Assembly: GCF_006345805.1 (NCBI RefSeq)
Contig: NC_043006.1
Coordinates: 83,514,001 to 83,578,000 of the forward strand
Source: Octopus sinensis
Taxonomy: Eukaryota
Direction of reading: 5' to 3'
DNA: 64,000 nt
Every line of letters starts with the position of its first letter. Position 1 is the first letter of the stretch. The position numbers were made by a program, and so were the translations under genes. Below the pieces are notes generated by a model that worked only from the letters and a program-made list of their open reading frames with translations, did not search any database and was not told the DNA's origin. Below, piece by piece: positions 52,477-62,521 of the stretch.

Positions 52477-55400
52477 ATATAATATATATATATATATACG
52501 ATGGGCTTCTTTCAGTTTCCGTCTACCAAATCCACTCACAAGGCTTTGGTCAGCCCGAGGCTATAGTAGTCAGGTTACCATGCAACATGCAAGGCGACAT
52601 GAAAAATGTAGATATTTCTCATCAGATTTTTCCATCATTTTTACCTATAATTTCAATTAATCTGTTCTTAAATTTTAAGATAAGATAAAAACTGTATACA
52701 CTATGAATTGATTGATCAACTTTATTGATTTAAAAGAATTAAAGTTATTCTTTTACTTTCTTTGGCTTGTTTCAGTCATTTGACTGTGACCATGCTGGAG
52801 CACTGCCTTAGATTATGTTGATTTTTTTTTTTCCCTCTTACTAATTTATCACTTTTGTCTTCCAACACAGAAACATCCGTATTGTACCTGAAGACGCTCC
52901 TGATGAGGACTTGGTTTCTATGTACCGAAACAAGAAACAGAAGGAGAAAGAAATGATAAATAACCAACAGAAGAAACGGCAGTCAGTTGAACAGAAAGCA
53001 TCAATATGTAAGTGTTGTTGTGTCAAAGAATGGCAATTCTTTTTCCAATTGGCTGATTATTTTTTCTGAATTATTTTAATCCTCACCAAAAAGGGAAAAG
53101 AAAAAAAAAAAGAAGGAAAAAACAAGGAGCTGGTTTATAATTTTAATCTACAATACTTAACTACTTCACTTACAAACAACAAATATGGAATGCAAATTCT
53201 TTAATATTTATATGTTAGTGTATATTTATATAAGTAAAAATGCGTGTGTTCAGCTTATAATAATAATAAGAACTAATATATACTCTCTTTGTAATATTGC
53301 ATTTTCTTTTATTTGCTTTTAACACAATGTATTATGAATCTTGCTTCTTGCAAAAAGAATGCAACTTTATGGAACTTCATAAGTATTAGGACAGAATTTT
53401 GTTTAAGAACGTCTCTTAATCAGTTAATCTGCTAGTATTCTGTAACATGCAAAAGGAGAGTGGGAATTTCCTCAATTATAATATTTTTCATTGGTAAACA
53501 ATATATGGCCTGTTACTACAGAAATATCTTTTTCTATTGATATTTCCTGGCTTCATTTGTTCTTGTTAGCATAGCAACTATTTGATGTATAAAGTGGATG
53601 AACAATATAGAATTATTGGCTCTCCTTTTCTGAATTCGATACCATGTTTCATCTGAAATACACTGCGTTTCTTTCAATTAATTTTTAAAATTATGAAGAA
53701 TTTAGTAAAATAACTTTGCCTTTATAAATATGAAATTTTAACAGAAGATCTTAATATAAATCTCTTTAAAACAAGAAGTTTGTGTCATAGAAATGGGTTG
53801 TCTCTGGCAGATTGGTATAATAAGAGTTCATGATACATTCTTCTTTCCTATCTGCAGTGAGGCAATTTTGCACAGATTCTTGTTGTTTGGTTCCATTTTC
53901 AAATTCTATGATGTTTTACCAACAAGAACATCTGTAAAGTTTGTTCAGCTGAATAATTTTCTTTACATCTTCAAAGATGAGACTAAAACTACAGTCATAA
54001 ATTTTTAGGATAGCATCCACAATATAAAACAGAATGCCACAGTCATAAACTTTTAGGATAGCATCCACAATATAAAACAGAATGCCACTTGACATGCTTG
54101 CCCCACAATTATTCATTAGCCAGTGATGTCAGACCAGTTTGAAACACATCTTGTATGTGAACTTGAACCTAGTAACTTCTGTGCTGATAAGTCTATCCAA
54201 ATAGACCTGACTGGTACTACTCAACCTGAACAGCAGGTATTTTAGTGAAATCTGTCTGCTGTTCTGATTAACAGTCTGAGTTATCCCAATTTGATTTGAT
54301 AACATGTCCATATTATTGACTGCATTTGACTTGAAAATACGTCCATATTAATGACTCAATTTTCATATCAAATCCTTTGTGGTTAACTGTAAAAAATGAC
54401 ATACAGTTACTTAACTAAATACATTGATATTCATATAAATTATTGTGTAATAGAAAATTCACTGTTATCCAACATTTAACTCTAATCAGACCTAAAAATG
54501 TGAGGGTTTAGCAATCTGCCGCCATAAACAAAACTAAGCCAATTTACTTTAAGCAGAAATAATTTTAATCAAATCTTTCTTAATAATATATATGACCTAT
54601 TGGAGCGCATGTGTCGGAAGCAGATTCTTTTCATTGAGCTTTACATATTTGTTATTGCTTTTACTGATATGTTTATTGTGTTAGCATCGAAAGTGTGTCT
54701 TTGTCTTAGGGTTTAATTTCAGTTCCTGTTGGTGTCTCTATTTTAAAGACATGTTTGATTGCTGTCAAATATGTCTTTGAATTTTAAGTGTGAAATTAAC
54801 ATTTTAATTTATGTTGTTGACTATGACTGGTCTTGATTGATTTTTGCTTTTTTTGTGCTATTACTACTTGTGACTAAAAAAAAAAATGTGTGAATAATTA
54901 AAACTGATTAGAAATATAATCTGAGAAACTGAGAAGTCAGAATAGTATATATTTCAGTAGTATGTTACGTAAGTGAGAATTTCTATACATACACTTTTGG
55001 AAAGTAAACCTATTGAATGACTTTGTTATGTCATCTTAATTCTACATGAGTATTTTTGGCCATAAGTACAAGGTATATTAGTTTCAGGGTTCAAAGATAT
55101 ACAATTAATATTGCATATCTTTGCATGTATTTATATGCAATAATAATTGCACACTTGTAAGTACTTAAACCTCTCTGTCATTACATGACTTGCTAAAAAT
55201 AGCAACCAAATCACTTTCAAATCACAGCAAGAAAAGGATGGACTCTGTCTAAAGATATGCTTTATTAGGTCTGACCTAGGAGCTAACCATCACAATCGTC
55301 ATCTATCATCTAATTTCCTTTCAATTTCCTCTGTTTAGAACACATAACATTTCTGTAAACTGGCAGTTATGTGCATATTCTTCTATAGTGGCTCATTGTT

Positions 55401-55626
55401 ATTTTAGTAGCAATCTTTAAAATATCTGAGCTATTAGCATAATGTTATGAAAATATTATGTTAATAGCTCTACTAATATTGGGAATAGTATTTCATATTA
55501 TTAAAAAATAGTTATGCTGTGATCTTTTAAATGTCTGATCTATCTTATGTATTATAATTATGAGCTTTATAAAATAAAAACATTATGAAGCTGATTCTAA
55601 TAAACAATTATTAACAAGGCTATGGG

Positions 55627-55662
<36 letters not shown>

Positions 55663-58600
55663 GGGAGTATGCAAAGGCTTGGATTTGCTTTTCTTCTTAT
55701 GTCAGTGAATAATGCTATCTCAGAAGTAATGTGATCTTTAGTTCCTAAAGGGAAAATATTATTGGTCCAACTGAGGATCAAGGGCAAAATAAGTAATTTA
55801 TAAACTCTTGATTTTAAACCTTGTACCAATAACTTAACTGTTTAGTTACCATATTCTTGTCAAAATATTCTGCCTTTATTTAAATTAATATTGAAAATAA
55901 TAAAGAACTCAATAAATAACTGTCATTATTGAGCTGATGTTTGGAGCATAAATTATCACCAAATTTTGATGGAATGTTTTATAATTTAGATCACTTTAAA
56001 CAGGGAGGTTGTGTCATAGAATCAGAGGTAGTCATGGGTGGACTGGTATTAAAGGGGTATTAAGGCGGCGAGCTGGCAGAAACGTTAGCATGTCGGGCGA
56101 AATGCTTAGTGGTATTTTGTCTGCCATTACGTTGTGAGTTCAAATTCCGCCGAGGTCTACTTTACCTTTCATCCTTTCGGGGTTGATAAATTAAGTACCA
56201 GTTACGCACTGGGGTCGAAGTAATCGACTTAATACCTATGTCTGTCCTTATTTGTCCCCTCTATGTTTAGCCCCTTGTGGGTAATAAAGAAATAGGTATT
56301 AAAGGGGTTAATCTAAATTAAAAGCTTTGTGGTCACAGATTACATTTATTTTGCAAAAAGGTCAGTAAATGTCAACGATATTTTCTTCATATTATTTTAG
56401 AATTGACTTCTTGGAAATGGAGTTTGGTTGGGAGGTTATTTTCATTTGCTTTTTTTTTTCATGCCTTTTTTTTAATGTGTGTGTATGTATGTGTATAAAT
56501 TTGAATAACACAACTCTCAGCTAACTATCTGAATTGTTTACTGTTTGCGTTTGTGTGTGCTTTTACTGCTAACTCTACTTGCCTACTGTTTGATATGCAG
56601 ATCTCAATGCGCAGCAAAAACGGCAGGAGCGAAGACAGCATCAGCGCTCTCTTATAAAAGAACAAGAAATAAAGAAAGACACTCCTGCCAAAACATGGCT
56701 AAATTCCTTAATTCGTAGATTTTCCACTTCTGCTCCCTCACCACAATGTGAGGAGACGAGCAGTGATCGATCATTGTCTCAAAATAACCTTAGTAATCCC
56801 CAGTGTGTGGATGGTAAGATATCAGTAAGCTTATACCATACCAACTGCCTTTGCCTGCAACTAATTAAAGATTAACAGTGTTATTGTTATTTATTTATGT
56901 ATATATATATATTTACCGATAAATATGCATTTTTTTAATTGTCATATGTCCATAGTAGTCTGCATAGTTTAACCCAGTCTGTTTTATACAACCACACACG
57001 TTTATATATAAACTATCATTTATTTGATTAAATGTCATCTTCTGTAAAATTATATTAACTTTTTGCACCAGAATGTTAGCTTTTTTACTTGATTGCACTA
57101 TTGTTACTATTATGTTGAAAGCAGTGAGTGTAGTTGATATTATGCAATTATAATAAATACATTAGTTGCACAGATATTATTATAGTTTCTAGTGGTCCCT
57201 AGTTAACAATTAAAAAGATGTACCTGAATAAGTTTAATCTGTCTTCATTAAGAGCCTCTTCGATTTCAAGTTAAAGAGCACTTTTCAGTGATTAATAAAA
57301 AAAAATGTTTTTTATAGCACTTTACTACTTACTTACCTATCTCATTTTAAATATTTTATGTTTCCTATTAGTACTAATAATAATATAGCCTATTCCTTAA
57401 AACAAGAATTTAATCATTATGTCAGATACCAACCAACCAGCCAAACAGAGTTGTATATACTTGAAACACATGGAAATTGCTACTTAGAAAAAACTATTTA
57501 TATTGTAATAAGACTAAAGGAAATGGACTAATATAGAAGACAAAAGTGAAGCAAATCACTGCAAGGGAGTGGTGGGAGTTGTGTCAAGACAGAGTAGCTC
57601 CTCCACAATATACTATTTATTCATTGTGAATGACGACTATCATCATTGTCATTATACGTCTGTGTTTTGGTATTGATGTGGGTTGGACAGGTCTTAGTGC
57701 ATCTGATCACAAACCAAGTGTATTTTATCCTTATGTCACCCCTCCCACGACCACCATCACCACTAGAATGGTTGTTTGTAGCAGGACTAAACTGTCCCCT
57801 TATTCTCTGTATCAGATATTATTCAGAGTTACTGCTTTCTTGAATGGGTTGCCTGTACTGCAGTTTCCCAAGTCCATATTGTTGCTAATAATTGTTTCAG
57901 GTTTTGGCACAAGGCTAGCAGTCTTGTGGGGAAGGGGCAAGCTGATTACACCAACCCAAGTACTTGACTGGTACAGTATTAAGCAAAAGTCTTCAGCCGC
58001 TTTAAACTATTGTAAATTTTTACTAATTGCCAACTTATAAGTGGATGTTTCGCATCGCGTTCTTTACATATGAAACATTGGCCCTGTTAGAATCATGTCC
58101 ATACCTAATCCTTATATTTTGTAGTAGGGGGTCTGAATGAGAGGGGAAGGTTTTCAGCCACCTTACTTATGTCTATAATGATTATATGCCTCGGTGGTGT
58201 TTGATCAGAGGTTAAGGATGGATGAGAATTAATTCTGTTATGCAATCATTTTATTGGTCCAGTCCCAAGTTGAATTCCAACTGTTGGCCAGTTTATCCCA
58301 AAGTTCTTATCTTGACATAAAATTAATGAAGCAAATGTCATTATCTTGCACTTGTAGACTGAGATACAGAGGTCTCAGACGAACAGACAGAATTTTGCGT
58401 TTATTATTATAGAAATATAAAAGCTATTATGTCTTTTATTTTACATTGCTCAACATTGCTAGAGAATTATTTATTATTAATGATTGATAAAACATATGAT
58501 TATTGGCTTAAATTTCATATTTTTTCCATCAAATTGGAAGATAAAAAGTAGTTATCTTCAGTTTTTGCTAGTTTATCATTTAACTATTAAAAACTATTTT

Positions 58601-61600
58601 GATCATATGAAGCTTAGAACAAATGAAAGAATATAACATACGTATCAAGTTATTGCATTCACAGCATTTTAAATCATATTGTGGGAATATGAATTTGATA
58701 GGAAATACATCAAAGGAATTGTTCATTTTAATGCATACTTATCAACTATGTTTTGGTATTTTGTATTCTGTTGGTAAATATTATTTCTGTGAATTTCCTT
58801 TATTCTTTCTCTGCATGAAAGCAAATAGAATGCTTGGAACATTGTGTATTAACATCAAAACCAAATCTGTGTGAATTTATTAACATTTTGTAGTTTAATA
58901 GATTGAATTCATTATATAAAATATGAAACTTATGAAAGTAAATTTCATAATCACAGGCTTAAGTTTTCTTTTGTTACAATCCTCTAATCATCCTAAATCA
59001 CTGGGTAATCACTGAAATTCAAGAAGACTGATGGTGGTTTATCTCTTTGCATGAATTAGTGTAATATATATATATAGATAGATAGATGATACAATTAAGA
59101 AGATGGAAAGTGAATGTAGCACATCTTTATTGTTAGGGACAATTGTTTCTGTACCACTCCGTTTCTAACATCATTGCATGTAAATGATTTCATGATGTGA
59201 AAAATTATATAGCATCTGTGGTTGATTATGTTGGAGTAGCACTTCATCAGACTGAAATCAAGACATGCACTCTTATATTGTGTGACAGACACAATATATC
59301 AGATAAAAACTATAGGAATTAGCATTTAAATTTTAAAACATTTACACAATGTAAACTATTTAATAAGTTTATTCAATTTTTCCCTACAATTTAAATATCT
59401 ACAGTTTTGATTTTTGGTGATAAAGGAAATGAGTATTATTTTGATTATATTATTGTACCAATTTATCATATAATTATACCAATGACAAACCATCACTTAG
59501 ATGCTATAAAATATTCTATCTAAATTTTTTCTTCTCCTTAAGGGGAAAGATGTATGCTTAAAAATTAAGATAAAATAAACTATTTGACTGCTAAATCTGT
59601 GAAGTTAGTAAGAATGTGAAGTTTCAATCAGTAAAAAACCACAATGGAATTTATAATTTATAATTTGTGTGACAGACAAGCATTATGTTGCTTAAATTGG
59701 AAGTATAGGTATTTATTATTGGAATGTGAATGGTTGATGTGACATGCTCACTCAAACAGGTAACTGACAAAAGCAATTGATAGAAGTAATAGTTGCTTGA
59801 ACCAACAATTTATCAAATTGTAGCAAATATTAAAATCAGGTTGTATGGTTATATTGATATGTTTTATTAAAGTGTTTTAAAATCACCGTGACCGACCAGG
59901 CTATCAGATGTTGCTACACATCGCTGGTCACATCGTGCTTCACATTGTTTTAGCCTTCAAATGACGCCACCCTGCTGGCTAAGCAAGCAGGCCAACAGAA
60001 GAAAGAGTGAGAGAAAGTTGCGACGAAAGAGTACAGCAGGGATCACCACCACTCCCTGCTGGAGCCTTGTGGAGCTTTAGGTGTTTTCACTCAATAAACG
60101 CTCACAACGCCCGGTCTGGGAATCGAAACCGCGATCTTACGACCGCTGCCCTAACCACTGGGCCATTGCACCTCCACACGTTTTAAAATATTAGTTTATA
60201 TATATGTGCATGTGTCTGTCGTGTTTATGTTTACAGTAGAAAAACTGATGTTTTTACACTATACATATAAACCTGACAGACACACATATTTTCATGCAGG
60301 CATCCAAGGTGTGAGATGGTATGTTGCTTATATATTTTAATAAAACAAAATTTTATTATAATAAACATACTTTAACCTTTTCCTGTAACCTATTTTTCCA
60401 TATATTGAATCAACTTTTACTTCCATTAGTTTTTTTCAAGCAGCAATTTTTGATCAATGTATTTCAATAAACTGACACCAAATTTTTATATTCTACCCTT
60501 TGGAGGAAACTTCCTGAAGCTTTATACGTTCTATCCTTTTTTATGAAACACAGTCATCTCTCCAGTTTTACATATATCTTATAAAGTAGTCTTGTAGAAA
60601 ATACTCAAGTTTGAAAATGAATATTGAGCAAGCAAAAAGGAATGCTGAAGGGAGATACTAAAAATTTGCCTGGAAATAAGCCAAGGACATAACTTGTAAA
60701 TCAGATAAAAACTATAGGAATTAGCATTTAAATTTTAAAACATTTACACAATGTAAACTATTTAATAAGTTTATCCGATGTTTCCCTACAATTTAAATAA
60801 CTACAGTTTTGATTTTTGGTGATAAAGGAAATGTGATTATATTATTGTACCAATTTATCATAAAATTATACCAATGACAAACCATCACTTAGAGGCTATA
60901 AAATATTTTATCTAAATTTTTTCTTCTCCTTAAGGGGAAAGTTGTATGCTTAAAAATTAAGATACAATAAACTATTTTACTGCTAAATCTGTGAAGTTAG
61001 TAAGAATGTGAAGTTTCAATCAGTAAAAAACCACAATGGAATTTATAATTTGGAAGATTTTCTGGGAATATGAGGGAATAAATTTAATTTTCACAAAAGA
61101 ATTTTATAGTTTTGCAAAAGATATTTGAAGTTTGATTATTTTGTGAATGTTATCTAATTTCCATATGCTTTATGTTATTTATATTTTTTCATTTTTATTT
61201 TTCAGTGAATGCTTTTATTGAGCAAGACAAGAAAGAAAATTTGTCACCTTTACAAAAATGGCGGGAGTCGAAAATGGGTGGTTTTACTCCAAATGCAGAG
61301 GAAGATGTCGATCCAGAAACTTGGAGAAACTCTATCAATATCCAAGCTGAAGAGCGCCCAGAGAAACAAGATGTTCCTGAAATGCCAAACAAACAATGGG
61401 CTACAGTTCACAAGAAGCCTGCAGAACCTGAACCAGAGCAGGAGAAAGCCATAAATAGTATTCGGGATCGATTCCAAGTGAAGACAGGTGAAGCGAAGCC
61501 ATCTATTGAGGTTACAGCACCCCAGGGTGATGTGAGCGGGTTTATTAGTAAAATGAAGGAGGATTTGAGCCAAAAGTCAATAGCGAAACTACCAGAACCA

Positions 61601-62170
61601 CCGAAAGAGGTTCCAAAACCTGAAGTTAAGAAATCTGAAGGTGATCTAGAATGGGAGAAGATTAGTAAGAGACTCAGTCGTCCTTTGAAGATTAAAAACA
61701 TGGACTTCACTGACCTACATCCTGACGATGACACTGACATATTCTCCACTCCCATACCTGGTTTTGGTGGCAGTGCTGTGCCTCCGCCTCCACCACCACC
61801 TGGAGGGTTACCCCCACCACCTCCACCGCCACCTGGCGGGCCCCCACCGCCACCCCCACCTCCAGGTGGTCATGGGCCACCACCCCCACCTCCTATACCT
61901 GGAGCCCCACCTCCACCTCCACCACCACCCTTTGGAAGACCTGGCGTCCCAATGCCACCCTCAGCACCTCCAGCTCCTTCCCCACCTTCTATGGCCATTA
62001 AGAAAAACAAAAAGACCTTGAAGCTTCACTGGAGACCATTGCAAGGCAATGTACCTCCACACCCTGTTACCAAAGGAGAGACAATTTGGAACAAATTAGC
62101 GCCAGTCAAAATAGATACCCAGAAGTTAGAACATTTATTTGAATCTAGAACGAATGATCTGAAACAAAAG
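11300..62170 (+). CDS. FHOD3: FHOD-family formin (FH1/FH2 domain-containing protein), spliced, 3'-partial: join(11300-11379,17107-17165,31110-31177,32067-32172,33743-33837,43729-43840,47763-47857,49120-49263,49768-49829,50796-50942,52871-53007,56601-56813,61206-62170)
   Basis: Manual translation gives hallmark FHOD motifs ([81 protein letters not shown]), a poly-Pro FH1 and the FH2 start (KKTLKLHW). All introns are GT-AG and phases join without stops (2283 nt = 761 codons). FHOD1 versus FHOD3 cannot be distinguished; invertebrates generally have a single orthologue. Confidence 0.93.
14560..14930 (-). mobile_element. Probable decayed LINE (RTE-like) fragment
   Basis: GC-richer island; minus-strand [30 protein letters not shown]...HWRS loosely resembles the RTE C-terminus. 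Confidence 0.3.
16877..16965 (+). ncRNA. Intronic pre-miRNA-like hairpin
   Basis: 35-nt arms (16877-16911 and 16931-16965) pair with 2 G-U wobbles, 3 A-C mismatches and 1 A-A mismatch; the stem extends by wobble pairs to a 7-nt loop. Confidence 0.45.
17107..17165 (+). CDS. FHOD3: FHOD exon, [19 protein letters not shown](E)
   Basis: ttctcttctttccag acceptor, G|GTAAGC donor; conserved ILRTQLxVRVHA motif. Confidence 0.95.
17279..17662 (-). mobile_element. Non-autonomous Helitron
   Basis: On the minus strand it begins A|TC(TCTCTATATATAAAG) and ends CTAG|T, with a GC-rich hairpin (CCCGAGCAACGCCGGG) 8 nt before CTAG; no TSD. Confidence 0.75.
17851..18250 (+). mobile_element. tRNA-derived SINE (TGGTAAG...CTTCCCAACCACATGG family)
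   Basis: Same family recurs at about 25640-25950(+), 31372-31760(+), 39122-39460(+), 50260-50420(-) and 52205-52570(-). Confidence 0.7.
18835..19030 (-). mobile_element. Probable Penelope-like terminal repeat remnant with decayed hammerhead (18924-18958)
   Basis: Minus strand reads GTTC-CCGACAA-A-GAGT/TCC/ACTC-GAAAC-GTT-AAAC: 4-bp stem II, GAAAC, palindromic ACGT stem III, mutated CUGANGA. Flanked by (TA)n. Confidence 0.45.
19381..20615. repeat. About 1.2-kb (TA)n-rich tract with recurring CT interruptions
   Basis: Direct inspection. Confidence 0.95.
20621..22326. repeat. Inverted duplication of about 105 bp (20621-20722 and 22222-22326)
   Basis: TAACAATTCTGCCAGCTCACTGCC...GGGCTTAACCTGGTTTC versus GAAACCAGGTTAAGCCC...GAGCTGGCAGAATTGTTA. 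Confidence 0.88.
21730..21830. repeat. (AAT)n/(AAC) microsatellite, one of many simple repeats (also about 16470-16770, 22510-22700, 27390-27505, 37045-37345, 43420-43575, 46430-46528)
   Basis: Direct inspection. Confidence 0.9.
22301..23530 (+). mobile_element. Tandem array of 5 (ATT)n-tailed SINEs
   Basis: B-box-like GA(G/T)TTCAAAT at about 22375, 22775, 22998, 23217 and 23454, mostly separated by ATT runs. Confidence 0.8.
23976..24353. mobile_element. Tc1/mariner-type MITE inserted in a (TA)n tract
   Basis: 26-bp TIRs CACTTGCGTCAGAAATTAATTAGCAC and GTGCTAATTAATTTCTGACGGTAGTG (2 mismatches), TA on both sides, CpG-rich interior. Confidence 0.85.
27822..27873 (+). CDS. Possible further alternative first exon, [17 protein letters not shown](Q)
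   Basis: aaaATG with an in-frame upstream stop, 17 codons plus C, then GTAAGA donor (phase 1) compatible with the 31110 acceptor. No homology support. Confidence 0.28.
28012..28330 (-). mobile_element. RTE-type LINE 3' end with C2H2-like zinc fingers
   Basis: Minus strand [11 protein letters not shown]...[21 protein letters not shown]...[22 protein letters not shown], ending GAGGGGGCAGCCAT. Confidence 0.65.
31110..31177 (+). CDS. FHOD3: FHOD exon, (E)[22 protein letters not shown]
   Basis: ttttatag acceptor, CAG|GTAAAT donor; conserved FH3/armadillo motif. Confidence 0.96.
32067..32172 (+). CDS. FHOD3: FHOD exon, [35 protein letters not shown](A)
   Basis: ctacag acceptor, G|GTTAGA donor; conserved motif. 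Confidence 0.96.
33743..33837 (+). CDS. FHOD3: FHOD exon, (A)[31 protein letters not shown]
   Basis: tttttcag acceptor, AAA|GTAAGC donor; conserved [11 protein letters not shown]. Confidence 0.96.
33981..34193. mobile_element. piggyBac-like MITE
   Basis: TTAA|CTCTTTAGCA ... TGCTAAAGGC|TTAG: short TIRs and a degenerate TTAA target duplication. Confidence 0.5.
34547..35420 (+). repeat. Tandem duplication, period 473 bp
   Basis: The unit starting GTAGGATTCAG at 34547 and 35020 reads identical over about 370 bp of non-microsatellite sequence. Confidence 0.9.
35606..37070 (+). mobile_element. (GAT)n-tailed interspersed repeat with a 4-fold amplified 5' block
   Basis: AGATGAACATCAATGG at 35621, 35961, 36271 and 36576; the last unit runs into about 60-bp subrepeats and the GCATGGAAAGCGGACGTTAAATGATGATG tail. 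Same family at about 2250-2606(+), 12455-12775(+), 42470-42790(-) and 44790-44975(+). Confidence 0.75.
37345..37870. repeat. Foldback (long inverted repeat): arms about 37345-37540 and 37642-37870
   Basis: CTCCTACTTAAGTTAACACTTAAAT...CAGTATTGGAAGATTACAATAT is matched by its reverse complement; AT-rich spacer of about 100 nt. Confidence 0.85.
39570..40260 (+). mobile_element. Array of about 3 (ATT)n-tailed SINEs
   Basis: Same family motifs; one copy internally deleted. Confidence 0.7.
41090..41540 (-). mobile_element. Decayed RTE-clade LINE 3' fragment
   Basis: Minus strand VMHK*NDRWVKW...RRGK...[10 protein letters not shown] / [12 protein letters not shown] resembles the RTE tail pattern HVMRM...GRGRPRKTW...VVKxDL...DRxxWR. 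Confidence 0.5.
41890..42460 (-). mobile_element. Array of about 3 (ATT)n-family SINEs, antisense
   Basis: Reverse-complement B-box ATTTGAACTC at about 42032, 42178 and 42388. Confidence 0.7.
43729..43840 (+). CDS. FHOD3: FHOD exon, [37 protein letters not shown](G)
   Basis: ttttgcag acceptor, G|GTAAGT donor; conserved motif. Confidence 0.96.
46528..47445 (+). mobile_element. Tandem array of 4 (ATT)n-tailed SINEs
   Basis: B-box-like motifs at about 46599, 46835, 47090 and 47311. Confidence 0.8.
47763..47857 (+). CDS. FHOD3: FHOD exon, (G)[31 protein letters not shown]
   Basis: tgtttag acceptor, AAG|GTATGT donor; conserved KPW and [12 protein letters not shown] motifs. Confidence 0.96.
48407..48451 (+). 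ncRNA. Decayed hammerhead-like motif
   Basis: CTGATGA-G-GATCAG/AGGTCAAA/CTGATC-AAAAT-GTA. 6-bp stem II; GAAAC reads AAAAT, as expected from CpG decay; stem I out of register. Confidence 0.35.
49120..49263 (+). CDS. FHOD3: FHOD exon, [48 protein letters not shown]
   Basis: tttgtag acceptor, GAT|GTAAGT donor; conserved PDQDTFYDV. Confidence 0.96.
49768..49829 (+). CDS. FHOD3: FHOD exon, [20 protein letters not shown](R)
   Basis: ttcacag acceptor, CG|GTAAGT donor; conserved ALRHEDG. Confidence 0.93.
50796..50942 (+). CDS. FHOD3: Symmetric phase 2-2 exon (147 nt), [48 protein letters not shown](Q)
   Basis: Poly-T tract then tttag acceptor, CA|GTAAGT donor, stop-free in the frame set by the flanking exons, purine-rich coding composition. 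Not in the supplied ORF track on this strand. Confidence 0.75.
51190..51520 (+). mobile_element. tRNA-derived SINE; related antisense copy at about 32600-33000
   Basis: GGTTCAATGCC B-box, CCTTGAGCAAGACACTT core, and a body shared with the reverse complement of 32600-33000. Confidence 0.65.
52871..53007 (+). CDS. FHOD3: FHOD linker exon, [45 protein letters not shown](Y)
   Basis: cttttgtcttccaacacag acceptor, T|GTAAGT donor, phase 2 in and phase 1 out, open frame. Confidence 0.82.
53992..54087 (+). repeat. 48-bp tandem duplication
   Basis: CAGTCATAAA(T/C)TTTTAGGATAGCATCCACAATATAAAACAGAATGCCA twice. Confidence 0.9.
56063..56300 (+). mobile_element. Single near-intact (ATT)-family SINE
   Basis: AAGGCGGCGAGCTGGCAGAA...GAGTTCAAATTCCGCCGAGG with CpGs retained. 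Confidence 0.75.
56601..56813 (+). CDS. FHOD3: Symmetric phase 1-1 exon (213 nt), (Y)[70 protein letters not shown](G/V)
   Basis: gatatgcag acceptor, G|GTAAGA donor, 70 open codons, GC and CpG content above the surrounding intron. Confidence 0.8.
59298..61051 (+). repeat. Direct duplication of about 355 bp (59298-59659 and 60700-61051)
   Basis: Both copies run from ATCAGATAAAAACTATAGG to GGAATTTATAATTT, with scattered substitutions and a small indel. Confidence 0.9.
59882..60178 (-). mobile_element. tRNA-derived SINE
   Basis: Minus-strand head TGGCCCAGTGGTTAGGGCAG...GGTTTCGATTCCC. Confidence 0.7.
61206..62170 (+). CDS. FHOD3: Large FHOD exon: acidic/basic linker, [11 protein letters not shown] motif, FH1 poly-proline (about 61781-61990) and FH2 start, ending ...[15 protein letters not shown]
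   Basis: Core of supplied ORF 61172-62248, trimmed to the ttttcag acceptor and AAG|GTGAAA donor; typical FH1 and FHOD FH2 N-terminus ([21 protein letters not shown]). Confidence 0.95.
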
Positions 62171-62521
62171 GTGAAAATTGGATTTTACAATATTTTCCTT
62201 CTATTTTTTCTAGTGTCCGAATTTCTGTTGAGAAATTATATAATTTGACCTTTTGATTAATCTTAATTTTGCTCTGATTTTTCTTCCAGCTGGCAGAAGA
62301 TACCCTTTTCATATATGATTTATTTTATAATATTCAGTACAGGCTACAGGCAGGAAGAGGGAAAGGCTTGTTTGCTGTGAAGTAGTCTCTGTAAGATTTA
62401 TTTATGTATGCAGGCATGGCTGTCTTTAGTATTTGTAACTGCTTGGTTCCTGGTTCAATCCCACAATGCAGTACTTTGAGGCAAGAGTCTTCTACCATAA
62501 CCTCAAAGTGGCCCATCCATT

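Noticed and set aside
61172-61205. ORF start [11 protein letters not shown] and C-terminal VKIGFYNIFLLFF... (62171-62248)
   Set aside because: These are the pyrimidine tract and the intron read-through flanking the true exon 61206-62170
61195-62021. Antisense and alternative-frame ORFs overlapping the FH1 exon
   Set aside because: Shadow ORFs of a GC-rich coding exon, with no independent evidence
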